Shown here piece after piece: positions 42,543 to 51,332 of a stretch of DNA of 64,000 nt. This DNA comes from Candidatus Pacearchaeota archaeon (lineage in GTDB: Bacteria > Patescibacteriota > Minisyncoccia > Minisyncoccales > UBA5738): assembly GCA_035362275.1 (NCBI GenBank), contig DAOSDI010000002.1:2232-66231 (forward strand). The letters run 5' to 3'. Each line of letters opens with the position of its first letter. Positions within the stretch are counted from its first letter, which is position 1. The position numbers and the translations under genes were made by a program. The notes beneath the pieces are model-generated. The model was not told the origin of the DNA, did not search any database, and saw nothing but the letters and a program-made list of their open reading frames with translations.

Positions 42543-42756
42543 CTTTTGTTGAATAAACATCCGGCTCACAAACCAAAAAATCAAATGCTTTCGTTTTTTC
42601 CGCTAATCGGGAGATACCCCGATTCAAATTTTCCCTCTCATTCTTTGCCACCAAAAAATCAACAAAACCCAAAACTTCCGTCAAACTTTTTTTGTCCAGT
42701 TTGCGGCCTCTTTCCGTTATAATTTGGATCAATTCGTCAATCGCTTGAGTATTCAT
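42532..42756 (-). CDS. Putative antitoxin of the MazF-like toxin
   Basis: 74-aa ORF overlapping the toxin start by 11 nt. This is a positional inference only. Confidence 0.45.
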   Translation of the reverse strand: MNTQAIDELIQIITERGRKLDKKSLTEVLGFVDFLVAKNERENLNRGISRLAEKTKAFDFLVCEPDVYSTKDVQ

Positions 42757-42854
42757 TGCTTTAATCCATTATCACTTGATTATACCACAAAAATCCCCCT
42801 CCGCAAGAGCAAAAAATTGTAACCGCTCTGGGTATTTGTATTTTAAAGGATTTT

Positions 42855-42917
42855 AAAGGTCTGACCCTCGCGTCCTCGCGAGGGTCAGACCTTTCCCAGA
42901 GAATCCGAATTTCAGCC
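42855..42917 (-). repeat. Partial reverse copy of the composite GGGTCTAACCC-family element (linker plus hairpin 2)
   Basis: The minus strand reads GGCTGAAATTCGGATTCTCTGGGAAAGGTCTGACCCTCGCGAGGACGCGAGGGTCAGACCTTT. Confidence 0.75.
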
Positions 42918-42938
42918 GGTATAATCGGCGGGAAAATG

Positions 42939-42947
42939 TGTTATAAT
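42939..42947 (+). promoter_or_regulatory. Extended -10 promoter candidate for pth
   Basis: TGTTATAAT (TG-n-TATAAT) lies 10 nt upstream of the ATG at 42957. Confidence 0.35.
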
Positions 42948-42956
42948 AGCCTAATT

Positions 42957-43571
42957 ATGGAAAAGAAAACGATGGAAAAACCGCCGGCTATTCTCATTGC
43001 CGGGCTGGGAAACCCGGGAGATAAATACCAAAACACGCCGCACAATGCGGGGTTTCTTGCGGTTGACGAATTCGCGCGGCGGTTTGAATTTCCGGAATTT
43101 AAGATGGCGCCCGACGGCATTTTGGCGGCGCGCAAAGAAATTTTCGGCAAAACCGTGATTTTGGCAAAGCCGCAGATGCTGATGAACAATTCCGGCAAAG
43201 CGCTGGCAAAATTGTTCAATCATTTAAAAATCCGGCCGAAAAAATCCCGCCCCGATCTTTGGGTGATAAACGACGATCTGGATATTCCCCTTGGCAAAAT
43301 CAAAATCTCCCGGAACCGCGGCGCGGCGGGCCACAAAGGCGCGCAGTCAATCATTGACCAACTGAAAACCAAAAACTTCGTCCGTTTCCGTTTGGGTATC
43401 GCCCCGCTGGCCGCCCAAGCAAAAAAAATCCCCGCCGATAAATACGTGCTCAAAAAAATCACGCCCGCCGAGCGCGTCTTTCTTGACCAAGCGATTGATT
43501 CCGCCGTCTCAGCCCTTGCCCTTGCTCTTTCCGGCGGCATTGAAAAATCAATGACCGAATTCAATCAATAA
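42957..43571 (+). CDS. pth: Peptidyl-tRNA hydrolase
   Basis: LIAGLGNPGDKYQNTPHNAGF is the Pth signature. The start is uncertain: ATG at 42936, 42957 or 42972. I prefer 42957 because 42936 overlaps the TATAAT box. Confidence 0.9.
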   Translation: MEKKTMEKPPAILIAGLGNPGDKYQNTPHNAGFLAVDEFARRFEFPEFKMAPDGILAARKEIFGKTVILAKPQMLMNNSGKALAKLFNHLKIRPKKSRPDLWVINDDLDIPLGKIKISRNRGAAGHKGAQSIIDQLKTKNFVRFRLGIAPLAAQAKKIPADKYVLKKITPAERVFLDQAIDSAVSALALALSGGIEKSMTEFNQ

Positions 43572-43574
43572 GCT

Positions 43575-43672
43575 ACCCCGCCTTAAGGGGCGAGGCATTT
43601 CCTTCGGGACAAGCTTGCTTGGTTGCCAAACATCGCCGATACAAGCAGGGAGGTATTTGGCAGGTAAATAAA
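43575..43672 (+). repeat. Full-length member of the CCCCGRGGYATT family (two end units flanking a structured centre)
   Basis: It starts 3 nt after the pth stop. Left end CTACCCCGCCTTAAGGGGCGAGGCATTTCCTTC, right end GCCAAACATCGCCGATACAAGCAGGGAGGTATTTGGCAGGTAAATAAAAAA. Confidence 0.65.
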
Positions 43673-43707
43673 AAAGGCGGCTAACGATTCATTTCGCTTT
43701 GCCGCAC

Positions 43708-44130
43708 TTAAAGTTTAGATATTAAGCCCATATCTACTAATGCCGGGAGCAAAAGTTCGTCATTGTCCAGCTCCCAAAGCTCGTCATATATCGCCCCCAC
43801 CAAAACCGGCGCGAACAATTCATATATCTTTTTTTGGGCGGTTTTAATGCTCCCAAAGATTTTTTGAACATCAATCTTTGCCTCCAACCTTATATCGCGC
43901 GGATGGCGCACGATGATCATAATTTTAGATCCGCATGGATTAAAAAAACATCCATTATCGGTCGCTATCGCCACCGCAATCAACAAAAATTTTTCTTCAT
44001 CTATGCGCGCAGAGCAAACCGCTTCGCGCAAATCATTGAGACTAACGCACAGAATCGGTGCATGCATTTCCATCCTTACGGGATTATCCCTGATAAATCC
44101 TTCCACGATCGCCTTTTCCAACTCATTCAT
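43708..44130 (-). CDS. Hypothetical protein
   Basis: Intact 140-aa ORF preceded by a strong SD (GGGAGGAG). I recognise no motif. Confidence 0.45.
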   Translation of the reverse strand: MNELEKAIVEGFIRDNPVRMEMHAPILCVSLNDLREAVCSARIDEEKFLLIAVAIATDNGCFFNPCGSKIMIIVRHPRDIRLEAKIDVQKIFGSIKTAQKKIYELFAPVLVGAIYDELWELDNDELLLPALVDMGLISKL

Positions 44131-44301
44131 CTTCCATCTCCTCCCGTTTTCTTTTTTCTATCCTTTAAGTTTTTCAAATATTTTTTGGTCAATCCGTTTC
44201 TTCCTTTTCGCGCTCTTCTTGGGTCTCCTTTTGCCATATAATATACCAACTTTTGAATGATGCTGATTGCGTTTTACCTCATTTTTGATTTTTGGCAAGG
44301 G

Positions 44302-45195
44302 ATGAAAAAATGGTATAGTGGAAAAGTGGAAAACGACCAAATCAAAAAAATAAGCGAGGGCAACATTGAATTTCCCAATTGCCTGCGCGCCATTCCTTCG
44401 CGGCCGAAGCAAATTTATTATCGCGGTAACATCAACATTACCGCGCCGTGCGCGGCAATCGTGGGCGCGCGCGTTCCCTCAACCTACGGTAAACAGGCCG
44501 CGCACGACATCGCCGCGGGGTTGGCGCGCGCCGGCGTTTGCATTGTTTCGGGAATGGCCCCGGGCATTGACACCATCGCGCACCTTGCCGCCCTTGAATG
44601 CGGCGGTTTGACCTGCGGCGTGATCGGCGCCGGTCTTGACAAAGAATCGTTTTTCCCGCAAACAAATCTTGGACTGGCAGAAAAGGTGCTTGACGCCGGC
44701 GGATGTTTGGTGAGTGAATACGCGCCGGGGTTTAAATCCGTCTACTATTCCTTCCCCCAGCGAAACCGCATCATCGCCGGCTTGTCGCTGGCGGTGATCG
44801 TCATTGAAGCCAAAGAAAAATCCGGCTCGCTGATCACCGCCGAATGGGGCAGAAAACAGCACAAACCGGTCTTTGCCGTTCCGGGGTCAATCTATTCAAC
44901 CTCTTCGGCCGGATGCCACCGTCTGTTGAAAAACGGCGCGGCCGCTTGCACCGGCGCCGAAGACATTTTAGACTTTCTGGGACTGGCCGGTGCCGGAACA
45001 AAAACCGCGGCCAAAAGCAAAAATCCCGACGAGCAAAAAATCTTGGATGCCCTGCGTCAGGGAGCGCTTGACGCCGACAAGATCATCCGCGCCGCCGCAC
45101 TGCCCGCGCCCGCGGTAATGAGCTTGCTTCCCGTAATGGAGATCAACGGCGCAATCCGCAATTTGGGCAACGGAGAATACTGCCTCAATAACTAA
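44302..45195 (+). CDS. dprA: DNA processing protein DprA (Smf)
   Basis: AIVGARVPSTYGKQAAHDIAAGLARAGVCIVSGMAPGIDTIAHLAAL and FPQRNRIIAGLSLAVIVIEAKEKSGSLITA. The start is uncertain: the longest ORF begins at the ATG at 44257, but I prefer 44302 (MKKWY). Confidence 0.9.
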   Translation: MKKWYSGKVENDQIKKISEGNIEFPNCLRAIPSRPKQIYYRGNINITAPCAAIVGARVPSTYGKQAAHDIAAGLARAGVCIVSGMAPGIDTIAHLAALECGGLTCGVIGAGLDKESFFPQTNLGLAEKVLDAGGCLVSEYAPGFKSVYYSFPQRNRIIAGLSLAVIVIEAKEKSGSLITAEWGRKQHKPVFAVPGSIYSTSSAGCHRLLKNGAAACTGAEDILDFLGLAGAGTKTAAKSKNPDEQKILDALRQGALDADKIIRAAALPAPAVMSLLPVMEINGAIRNLGNGEYCLNN

Positions 45196-45340
45196 TTTTC
45201 AATTTTCAATTCGAGCGAAGCAAAATCAAGCTTTGCTTATGATTCAATTTTCAAACGAAATACGAATTTGCATTTTGTTTGAAAATTGCGGCATTGTAAC
45301 ATTTATTGGAAATTGAAAATTATTAATTGAAAATTATTTT

Positions 45341-47455
45341 ATGGATTTAATTATCGTTGAATCCCCCACCAAAGCCCGGACCCTGCAAGGGTTTTTGGGG
45401 TCGGGCTACAAAATACTCTCGTCGTTCGGGCATGTGCGCGACCTGCCCAAGGGCGATTTTGGCGTTGATGTTGATAAAGATTTTGAACCGAAATATGTCA
45501 TCCCGACGAAAGCAAGGAAAAATTTGACTTTGCTGAAAAAAGCGGTTAAAGACGCCGGGTTGATTTTGATTTCAACCGATCCGGACCGCGAAGGCGAAGC
45601 CATCGCTTGGCATTTGGTGGAGGCGTTGAAACTGGACAAACCCAAAACCGAAAAAATCGAAGGCAAGCCCTACCAACGGATTGAATTCCACGAAATCACC
45701 AAAACCGCAATTGAAAACGCGCTCAAAAATCCGCGCGAAATCAACTTTGATCTGGTCAACGCCCAGCAGGCGCGCCGGATTTTGGACCGCCTTGTGGGCT
45801 ATAAGTTGTCGCCGTTCCTTTGGAAAAAGATCGCCAAGGGATTGTCGGCCGGGCGGGTGCAATCGGTGGCGGTGCGCCTGATTGCCGAACGCGAGCGCGA
45901 AATTGAAGCCTTCAAGCCCGAAGAATATTGGGAGATCGCCGCGATTTTGAAAAACATCAAGAATGATCCCAAAAAAGAATTTGCGGCGCGACTTAACAAA
46001 ATCAACGGCCGGCCGCTGGACAAGCTGGAAATAAAAGACGAACCGCAAGCCATCGCCATTGAAAAAAATCTGGCCGGCGCGGCTTATTCAATTGAAAAAA
46101 TTGAGAGAAAAGAAACGCGCAAGAATCCAAACGCGCCGTTCACCACTTCAACGATGCAACAGGCCGCCTGGCAAAGATTCAAGATGACCGCCAAGGCCGC
46201 AATGATAACCGCCCAGCAATTGTATGAAATGGGGCTGATCACCTATCACCGCACCGACTCGCTGAATTTATCCGCCCAATCGCTGGCCGCGGCCAAAAGC
46301 TTCATTGAAAAAACCTACGGCAAGAATTATCATCCGGGACATTTTAACACCTACAAAACCAAATCAAAGGGCGCGCAAGAAGCCCACGAAGCCATCCGCC
46401 CCGCCTATCCCGACCAAACTCCGGAAATGGCGCTGGCCGACAAAGATCTTTCGCGCCCGCAAGCCAAATTATACGAACTTATTTGGCAAAGGTTTGTCGC
46501 CAGCCAAATGGCGCCCGCGGTTTTTGACAGCGTGAGCGTTGATATTGCCGCCGCCGGGAATTCGGGAACAAATTACGGTTTCAAATCCAACGGCCAAACC
46601 TTAAAATTTGACGGCTATCTGAAGGTCTATCCGTCAAAGTTTGAACAAGTGGAATTGCCGGCGATGGAAACCGGCGCGCCGCTGGAATTCATCAAGCTCA
46701 ATGTGGATCAGCATTTTACCAAGCCGCCGGCCAGATATAACGAAGCCACCCTCATCAAAGCGCTGGAAGAACAAGGCATCGGCCGGCCGTCAACCTACGC
46801 GCCGACCATCTCCACCATCCAAACCCGCAATTACATTGAAAAAGACGAAAAAAAATCATTGAAACCCACCGAAATCGGCCTGATGGTCAACGATTTGCTG
46901 GTGGCACATTTTCCGCAGATCGTGGATATCGGCTTCACCGCCAAGATGGAAGAAGAGTTTGACGAAATCGCCGAAGGGCGCGCCGAGTGGATGAAAGTTT
47001 TGCGCGAATTCTATGATCCGTTTATCAAAAATCTGGAAGAAAAGTATCAAGAAGTGGAAAAGAAAAACAAAACGCCGGAAACCACCAACAAGCTCTGCCC
47101 CAAATGCGGCGCCAATCTGGTGATTAAAATGGGGCGGTTCGGCAAATTCTTGGCCTGCCCCAAATTTCCCGAATGCAAGCACGCCGAACCGCTGGCGCCG
47201 GAAAAGCCGGCGTTTGCGGTGGAAATCCCCTGCCCCAAATGCGGCGCCGGCCACATCGTGGAAAAGCGCACCAAAAAACACAAAATATTCTACGGCTGTT
47301 CGGCCTATCCCGCCTGCGACTTCGCCCTCTGGGACAAACCCACCGGCGCCAAATGCGAAAAATGCGGCAGCCTGATGATTGAAACCAAACGCAAGCAAGT
47401 AAAGTGTTCCAACAAAGAATGCAAACAAACATTAAACATTGACAAAAACTCGTAG
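45341..47455 (+). CDS. topA: DNA topoisomerase I with three C-terminal zinc ribbons
   Basis: TOPRIM LIIVESPTKA and DPDREGEAIAWH, active-site region YHRTDS, and C-terminal CPKCG...C..C motifs x3. Confidence 0.95.
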   Translation: MDLIIVESPTKARTLQGFLGSGYKILSSFGHVRDLPKGDFGVDVDKDFEPKYVIPTKARKNLTLLKKAVKDAGLILISTDPDREGEAIAWHLVEALKLDKPKTEKIEGKPYQRIEFHEITKTAIENALKNPREINFDLVNAQQARRILDRLVGYKLSPFLWKKIAKGLSAGRVQSVAVRLIAEREREIEAFKPEEYWEIAAILKNIKNDPKKEFAARLNKINGRPLDKLEIKDEPQAIAIEKNLAGAAYSIEKIERKETRKNPNAPFTTSTMQQAAWQRFKMTAKAAMITAQQLYEMGLITYHRTDSLNLSAQSLAAAKSFIEKTYGKNYHPGHFNTYKTKSKGAQEAHEAIRPAYPDQTPEMALADKDLSRPQAKLYELIWQRFVASQMAPAVFDSVSVDIAAAGNSGTNYGFKSNGQTLKFDGYLKVYPSKFEQVELPAMETGAPLEFIKLNVDQHFTKPPARYNEATLIKALEEQGIGRPSTYAPTISTIQTRNYIEKDEKKSLKPTEIGLMVNDLLVAHFPQIVDIGFTAKMEEEFDEIAEGRAEWMKVLREFYDPFIKNLEEKYQEVEKKNKTPETTNKLCPKCGANLVIKMGRFGKFLACPKFPECKHAEPLAPEKPAFAVEIPCPKCGAGHIVEKRTKKHKIFYGCSAYPACDFALWDKPTGAKCEKCGSLMIETKRKQVKCSNKECKQTLNIDKNS

Positions 47456-47541
47456 GGGCAACCCTTGCTTCGCCTCGCCGTAGTTATTGAAGGCGGGTGG
47501 TTGCCCCGATAAATACGGGCGGGCATAAAGCCCGCCCCTAC
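47452..47541 (+). repeat. 90-nt GTAG...CTAC-bounded structured repeat (copy 1)
   Basis: GTAGGGGCAACCCTTGCTTCGCC...GGTGGTTGCCCCGATAAATACGGGCGGGCATAAAGCCCGCCCCTAC overlaps the topA stop codon. A second copy lies at 59773-59862. Confidence 0.75.
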
Positions 47542-47623
47542 AAATGCAAAAAATCCCACAAACATCCCTTGCTTTTTCCCCAATTTCGCGCTAACTTATT
47601 AACAGTAAAATTGATGATTCTTT

Positions 47624-47707
47624 GCCGAAGTGGTGAAATTGGCATACACGCAGCACTCAAAATGCTGTGAGGGCAACCTCGTGTGGGTTCAACTCCCACC
47701 TTCGGCA
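47624..47707 (+). tRNA. tRNA-Leu (anticodon CAA), class II with a long variable arm
   Basis: Acceptor stem GCCGAAG/CTTCGGC, anticodon stem CAGCA/TGCTG with loop CTCAAAA, variable arm GAGG-GCAA-CCTC, T-arm GTGGG-TTCAACT-CCCAC, discriminator A. No encoded CCA. Confidence 0.9.
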
Positions 47708-47711
47708 CTTC

Positions 47712-47746
47712 AAAAAATCCGCCCTCACTAGGGGGCGGATTTTTGT
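47712..47746 (+). terminator. Rho-independent terminator after tRNA-Leu
   Basis: AAATCCGCCC-TCACTAGG-GGGCGGATTT followed by TTTGTT. Confidence 0.7.
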
Positions 47747-47880
47747 TAATAGTTGGTAGTTTGTTGCTTATCGTTAATACGGAGCAGAATTGCCAAAACT
47801 ATGCTAAAAACATTGTTTTTAGCGCACCGCACTTGACTAATTTATATGTTTTTCATATAGTGAGCATATAAAAACAAAAT

Positions 47881-49047
47881 ATGAAACCAAGAAAAATTGT
47901 TCCTCAATTAGAAGATGAAATTGCCAATCCTTCCAAAAAAATCATTTTTTTATGGGGGCCGCGACAAACCGGCAAAAGCACTCTTTTAAATCACTTGCGC
48001 CAAAAACACGGCGGCGCGTATTTTAATTTTGATGATCTAAACGACCAAAAATTGTTCGTCCCCGAATTGGAAAAATTAAAATCAGTGATCGCGCAAAAAA
48101 ATGGCGGGAAAGATTCGCGCATTATTTTTATTGATGAAATCCAAAATTCGCCGGAAAGCACCCAATCGCTGAAATTGCTTGCCGACCGCTCCGATTATAT
48201 TATTTTTGCCACCGGCTCATCGGAATTACGCGCCAAAACCCGGCAATTTGACACTCTCGCCGGGCGTTATAAAGAGTTTCTCCTATTCCCTCTCACAATT
48301 GACGAGATCGCGATTTTTCACGAAGACAAAATCAGTTTTGAAAAATCGCTCTCATTTGCCAACCGCGACTTGCTATCACGCCACCTGGAAAAAAATATGA
48401 TTTATGGCGGCTATCCGGCGGTGGTTTTGGCTGATAACAAAATTGAGGAGATTAAAAATATCACTCAAAACAGCGTGGTTAAAGACATTGTCAACATTTA
48501 TGATTTAAAAAACACCGACTTGATTTATAATCTTTTGCGGGTTTTGGCAATGCAAATCGGAAATCTGATCAACATCGCCGAGCTGGCTTCCTCGTTGAAA
48601 ACCACCGCCACCACCATTGATAATTATTTGAGCATTCTGGCAAAAAACCGCATCATTTATTTATTGGAACCGTATCGCACCAATAAGCGGCGCGGCTATT
48701 TGGGGCGCAAAAAAGTTTTTTTCCATGATCTGGGAATCCGTAATGCCTTAATTGATGATTTCCGCGCGCTCAATTTGCGTCCGGATTTGGGCGCGGTTTT
48801 TGAAAACTTGGTCATAATGGGCGTTTTGCGCCAAAATATTTACGAAAGAAACAATAACAAAATATATTACTTCCGTGAAATTTCCGGCAGTCAAAAAGAA
48901 ATTGATTTGATCATTGAAACGCCGCAAGGATCCAAAACCGGCTATGAAATAAAATTACATGGCGGCAAGCCAAACATCTTTCCCGAACTGCAAATCGCCG
49001 AATATGGCACAATCTCCAAAGAAAACGCCCCTGATTTTTTAATTTAA
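47881..49047 (+). CDS. AAA+ ATPase, COG1373 family (AAA_14 plus DUF4143-like)
   Basis: Walker A GPRQTGKSTLLNHL and Walker B IIFIDEIQN. The C-terminus has the PD-(D/E)xK-like QKEIDLIIE...GYEIK. Confidence 0.75.
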   Translation: MKPRKIVPQLEDEIANPSKKIIFLWGPRQTGKSTLLNHLRQKHGGAYFNFDDLNDQKLFVPELEKLKSVIAQKNGGKDSRIIFIDEIQNSPESTQSLKLLADRSDYIIFATGSSELRAKTRQFDTLAGRYKEFLLFPLTIDEIAIFHEDKISFEKSLSFANRDLLSRHLEKNMIYGGYPAVVLADNKIEEIKNITQNSVVKDIVNIYDLKNTDLIYNLLRVLAMQIGNLINIAELASSLKTTATTIDNYLSILAKNRIIYLLEPYRTNKRRGYLGRKKVFFHDLGIRNALIDDFRALNLRPDLGAVFENLVIMGVLRQNIYERNNNKIYYFREISGSQKEIDLIIETPQGSKTGYEIKLHGGKPNIFPELQIAEYGTISKENAPDFLI

Positions 49048-49049
49048 AA

Positions 49050-49172
49050 CCTACCGCAACGCCCAACTTTCTGGCAAAGATTAAAGGCAATTTTGTTAAA
49101 AAACCGAGCGTTCAGATGATCGCCAAAATCGCCAAAGCGTTAGACATACCAGCCAATAAGTTAATTGAATAA
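49050..49172 (+). pseudogene. Remnant of an XRE-family HTH gene (C-terminal half only)
   Basis: The frame ending at TAA 49170-49172 reads ...PNFLAKIKGNFVKKPSVQMIAKIAKALDIPANKLIE, like the end of an HTH_3 domain. There is no upstream start or N-terminal half, and the frame overlaps the end of the ATPase gene. Confidence 0.4.
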
Positions 49173-49173
49173 A

Positions 49174-49371
49174 CTACCCCGGGGCAGAGCCCCGAGGTAT
49201 TCCTTCCGCTCCGCCTTCGCCCGTTGAAGCGGACTTCGGCGGACAAGTCCGCGAAAACGGGTTCGCTACGCGGTAGGAAAAGTTTGTTTATAGCCTCCGC
49301 TCCGCTTCGCTACGGGCAGCAATTCATCCCTGCGGCAAAGCCGACGGGGTATTCTGGCAGATAAATAAAAA
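49174..49371 (+). repeat. Largest member of the CCCCGRGGYATT family, ending 4 nt before the next start codon
   Basis: Left end CTACCCCGGGGCAGAGCCCCGAGGTATTCCTTCC, a long imperfect internal stem (TTCCTTCCGC...GCGGTAGGAA), and right end CGGCAAAGCCGACGGGGTATTCTGGCAGATAAATAAAAAT. Confidence 0.65.
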
Positions 49372-49375
49372 TATA

Positions 49376-50095
49376 ATGACAAAACAAGAGATTATTAACT
49401 CCATACAACAAGCGGCAAAAATAAATAATGGCATTCCCCTTGGCAAGGGAAGGTTTGAAAAAGAAACAGGTATAAAAGAACACGAATGGAATAAATATTG
49501 GGCTCGGCTCAGCGATGCACAAAAAGAAGCGGGTTTTATACCAAATCAGAAGCAAGGCGCTTACACAGAAGAATTTCTTATCAAGAAATTAATTATCCTT
49601 ATGCGGAAATTGAGTAAGTTTCCAACTTATAGAGAGATAAATGTGGAAAAAAATATTAATGATTCAAAATTTCCAGATAAAGTAACCTTTGGACGGCTAG
49701 GAAGCAAAAAACAGCTTGCCGAGAAAGTAATGGATTATTGCGTGGAAAAAACTGGTTATGATGATATTGTCAAATTATGCCAACCGATCGTTGGAGGGTT
49801 AGATAATGAAAAAAATAACGACAATACCAGCATTAATATTGGAGAGGTATATCTCTTTAAATCCGGCCGTTTTTATAAAATTGGAAAAACAAATGACACC
49901 GTACGACGCGGAAGTGAAATTAGAATCCAATTGCCCGAAAGGATGGACTTAATTCACTCTATCAAAACTGATGACCCAACCGGCATTGAAACTTATTGGC
50001 ACAAACGATTTGAAGCAAAAAGAATGAACGGAGAATGGTTTGACCTAAATTCTTCCGATATTAAGGTGTTTAAACGTTGGAGGCGCATTGTTTAA
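49376..50095 (+). CDS. Homing-endonuclease-associated-repeat protein with a C-terminal T5orf172/MUG113 (GIY-YIG-like) domain
   Basis: The C-terminus VYLFKSGRFYKIGKTNDTVRRGSEIRIQLPERMDLIHSIKTDDPTGIETYWHKRFEAKRMNGEWFDL matches the T5orf172 pattern. The N-terminus carries two repeats of the type ...FP(T/D)...FG(R/S)... Confidence 0.7.
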   Translation: MTKQEIINSIQQAAKINNGIPLGKGRFEKETGIKEHEWNKYWARLSDAQKEAGFIPNQKQGAYTEEFLIKKLIILMRKLSKFPTYREINVEKNINDSKFPDKVTFGRLGSKKQLAEKVMDYCVEKTGYDDIVKLCQPIVGGLDNEKNNDNTSINIGEVYLFKSGRFYKIGKTNDTVRRGSEIRIQLPERMDLIHSIKTDDPTGIETYWHKRFEAKRMNGEWFDLNSSDIKVFKRWRRIV

Positions 50096-50142
50096 AAATC
50101 TTTCGCCAAAAAATCTTCGGCTCGAACCTGTATTTGTCCGCC

Positions 50143-50173
50143 AAAAAAATCCGCGCGTAAGCGCGAATTTTTC
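50143..50173. terminator. Bidirectional terminator hairpin between convergent genes
   Basis: AAAAAAATCCGCGC-GTAA-GCGCGAATTTTT, with an A-run before and a T-run after. It sits between the + gene ending at 50095 and the - gene ending at 50196. Confidence 0.55.
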
Positions 50174-50195
50174 GTTAATAGTCAATGGTCAAAGT

Positions 50196-50483
50196 TCAAT
50201 GTTTGTTATTCTGTTCTATCCTGATCGCTTTGCCGTTGATGAGGGCATCGGCAGTTTTTTGGTTGGCCGAGGCTAAAATGCGGGCAAAAGTGCTTTGCGA
50301 GGTGTTCATTTTTTGCGCCGCTTCGGTCTGTTCCAGCCCCTCCAAATTTTTCAACCGCAACGCTTCCATTTCTTCCAGCGACATTTGGACCACTTCCAAG
50401 CACCGCACAGGAATTCCCTGCGGCTTGAAATAGGTAACTTCCGGATTAAATCTCACCTTCCGGCACAATCTTGGTCTTGTCAT
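50196..50483 (-). CDS. DUF134 (UPF0251) family predicted DNA-binding protein
   Basis: MTRPRLCRKVRFNPEVTYFKPQGIP...LEEMEALRLKNLEGLEQTEAAQKMNTSQSTFARIL is the DUF134 pattern with a sigma-70 region-4-like HTH. I use the ATG at 50483. Confidence 0.75.
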   Translation of the reverse strand: MTRPRLCRKVRFNPEVTYFKPQGIPVRCLEVVQMSLEEMEALRLKNLEGLEQTEAAQKMNTSQSTFARILASANQKTADALINGKAIRIEQNNKH

Positions 50484-50490
50484 ATAAAAT

Positions 50491-51231
50491 CTATTCGCCG
50501 ATAAACTTGGCCGCAAACATTATCGCGATCCCCGTCAGGAACACCAAAAACGCGCCCACGGATTTTTTCAAAACTCTTTCTTTGCGGATTTCAGGCATCA
50601 AATCCGAGGCGGCGATATAAATAAATCCGCCGGCGGCAAACGGCAAAAGATAAGGAATGATGTTTTCCACCGCAAAAGACAAAACATATCCTGCCACCCC
50701 GCCGGCGACCACCATCAGCGCGATGGCGTAATTTGTCGCCAATGCCTTAATTCTGCCAAAACCCGCATGAATCAACACTCCGAAATCGCCGATCTCTTGC
50801 GGAATTTCGTGCAGAGCGATTGCCAGAGTCGTGGCCGCGCCCAAACCGGGGTTAACCAAAAACGCGGCGGCGATCACCATGCCGTCAATGAAATTGTGCA
50901 CCGAATCGCCGATCAAGTTCATATAGCCGAAAGTGTGGATCGCGCAATTTTCTTTATGGCAATGGCGCCAAAACAGCAATTTTTCCATAAAGAAAAAAAA
51001 CACGAATGCTCCCAGCACGATGAGATAGAGCTTGTCGGCCGGAATCTCTTCGGCCGCTTCGGGCAATAAATGCAAAAATGCGCCGCCGGTGAGCGCGCCC
51101 GCGGAAAGCGACACCAAAAATATCGTAATTTTATCCAGCGTCTCTTTTTTGAAACACAAAAACAGCACCGCCGCCCAGACGCACAAACTGATGGAAAAGG
51201 TCGCCAAAATAATCGCCAGCAATATCGCCAT
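50491..51231 (-). CDS. zupT: ZIP-family divalent metal (zinc) transporter
   Basis: HNFIDGMVIAAAF and HEIPQEIGDFGVLI motifs, about 8 TM segments. Confidence 0.85.
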   Translation of the reverse strand: MAILLAIILATFSISLCVWAAVLFLCFKKETLDKITIFLVSLSAGALTGGAFLHLLPEAAEEIPADKLYLIVLGAFVFFFFMEKLLFWRHCHKENCAIHTFGYMNLIGDSVHNFIDGMVIAAAFLVNPGLGAATTLAIALHEIPQEIGDFGVLIHAGFGRIKALATNYAIALMVVAGGVAGYVLSFAVENIIPYLLPFAAGGFIYIAASDLMPEIRKERVLKKSVGAFLVFLTGIAIMFAAKFIGE

Positions 51232-51332
51232 AATGCAATTTGTAATTGATGATTATAAAATACCCCCAAAATTCATTTTTATCAACACAACGCCCCCTTG
51301 AAAACAAAGGGGCGTTATTCCACCGGTCGCAA

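Noticed and set aside
44124-44235. 37-aa basic mini-ORF (MAKGDPRRARKGRNGLTKKYLKNLKDRKKKTGGDGR) overlapping the start of the 140-aa hypothetical gene by ATGA
   Set aside because: Its only support is an ATG right after a TATATTAT box and a stop/start overlap. The composition is what any A/G-rich leader would give, so I did not report it as a feature.
47741-50182. GTTAATAGT-containing direct repeats as attL/attR of the tRNA-Leu islet
   Set aside because: Similarity is limited to terminator-like stems plus a 9-mer that also occurs at 29283-29291 outside the islet. No copy of the tRNA 3' end is found at the distal boundary. I kept it only as a weak note inside the islet finding.
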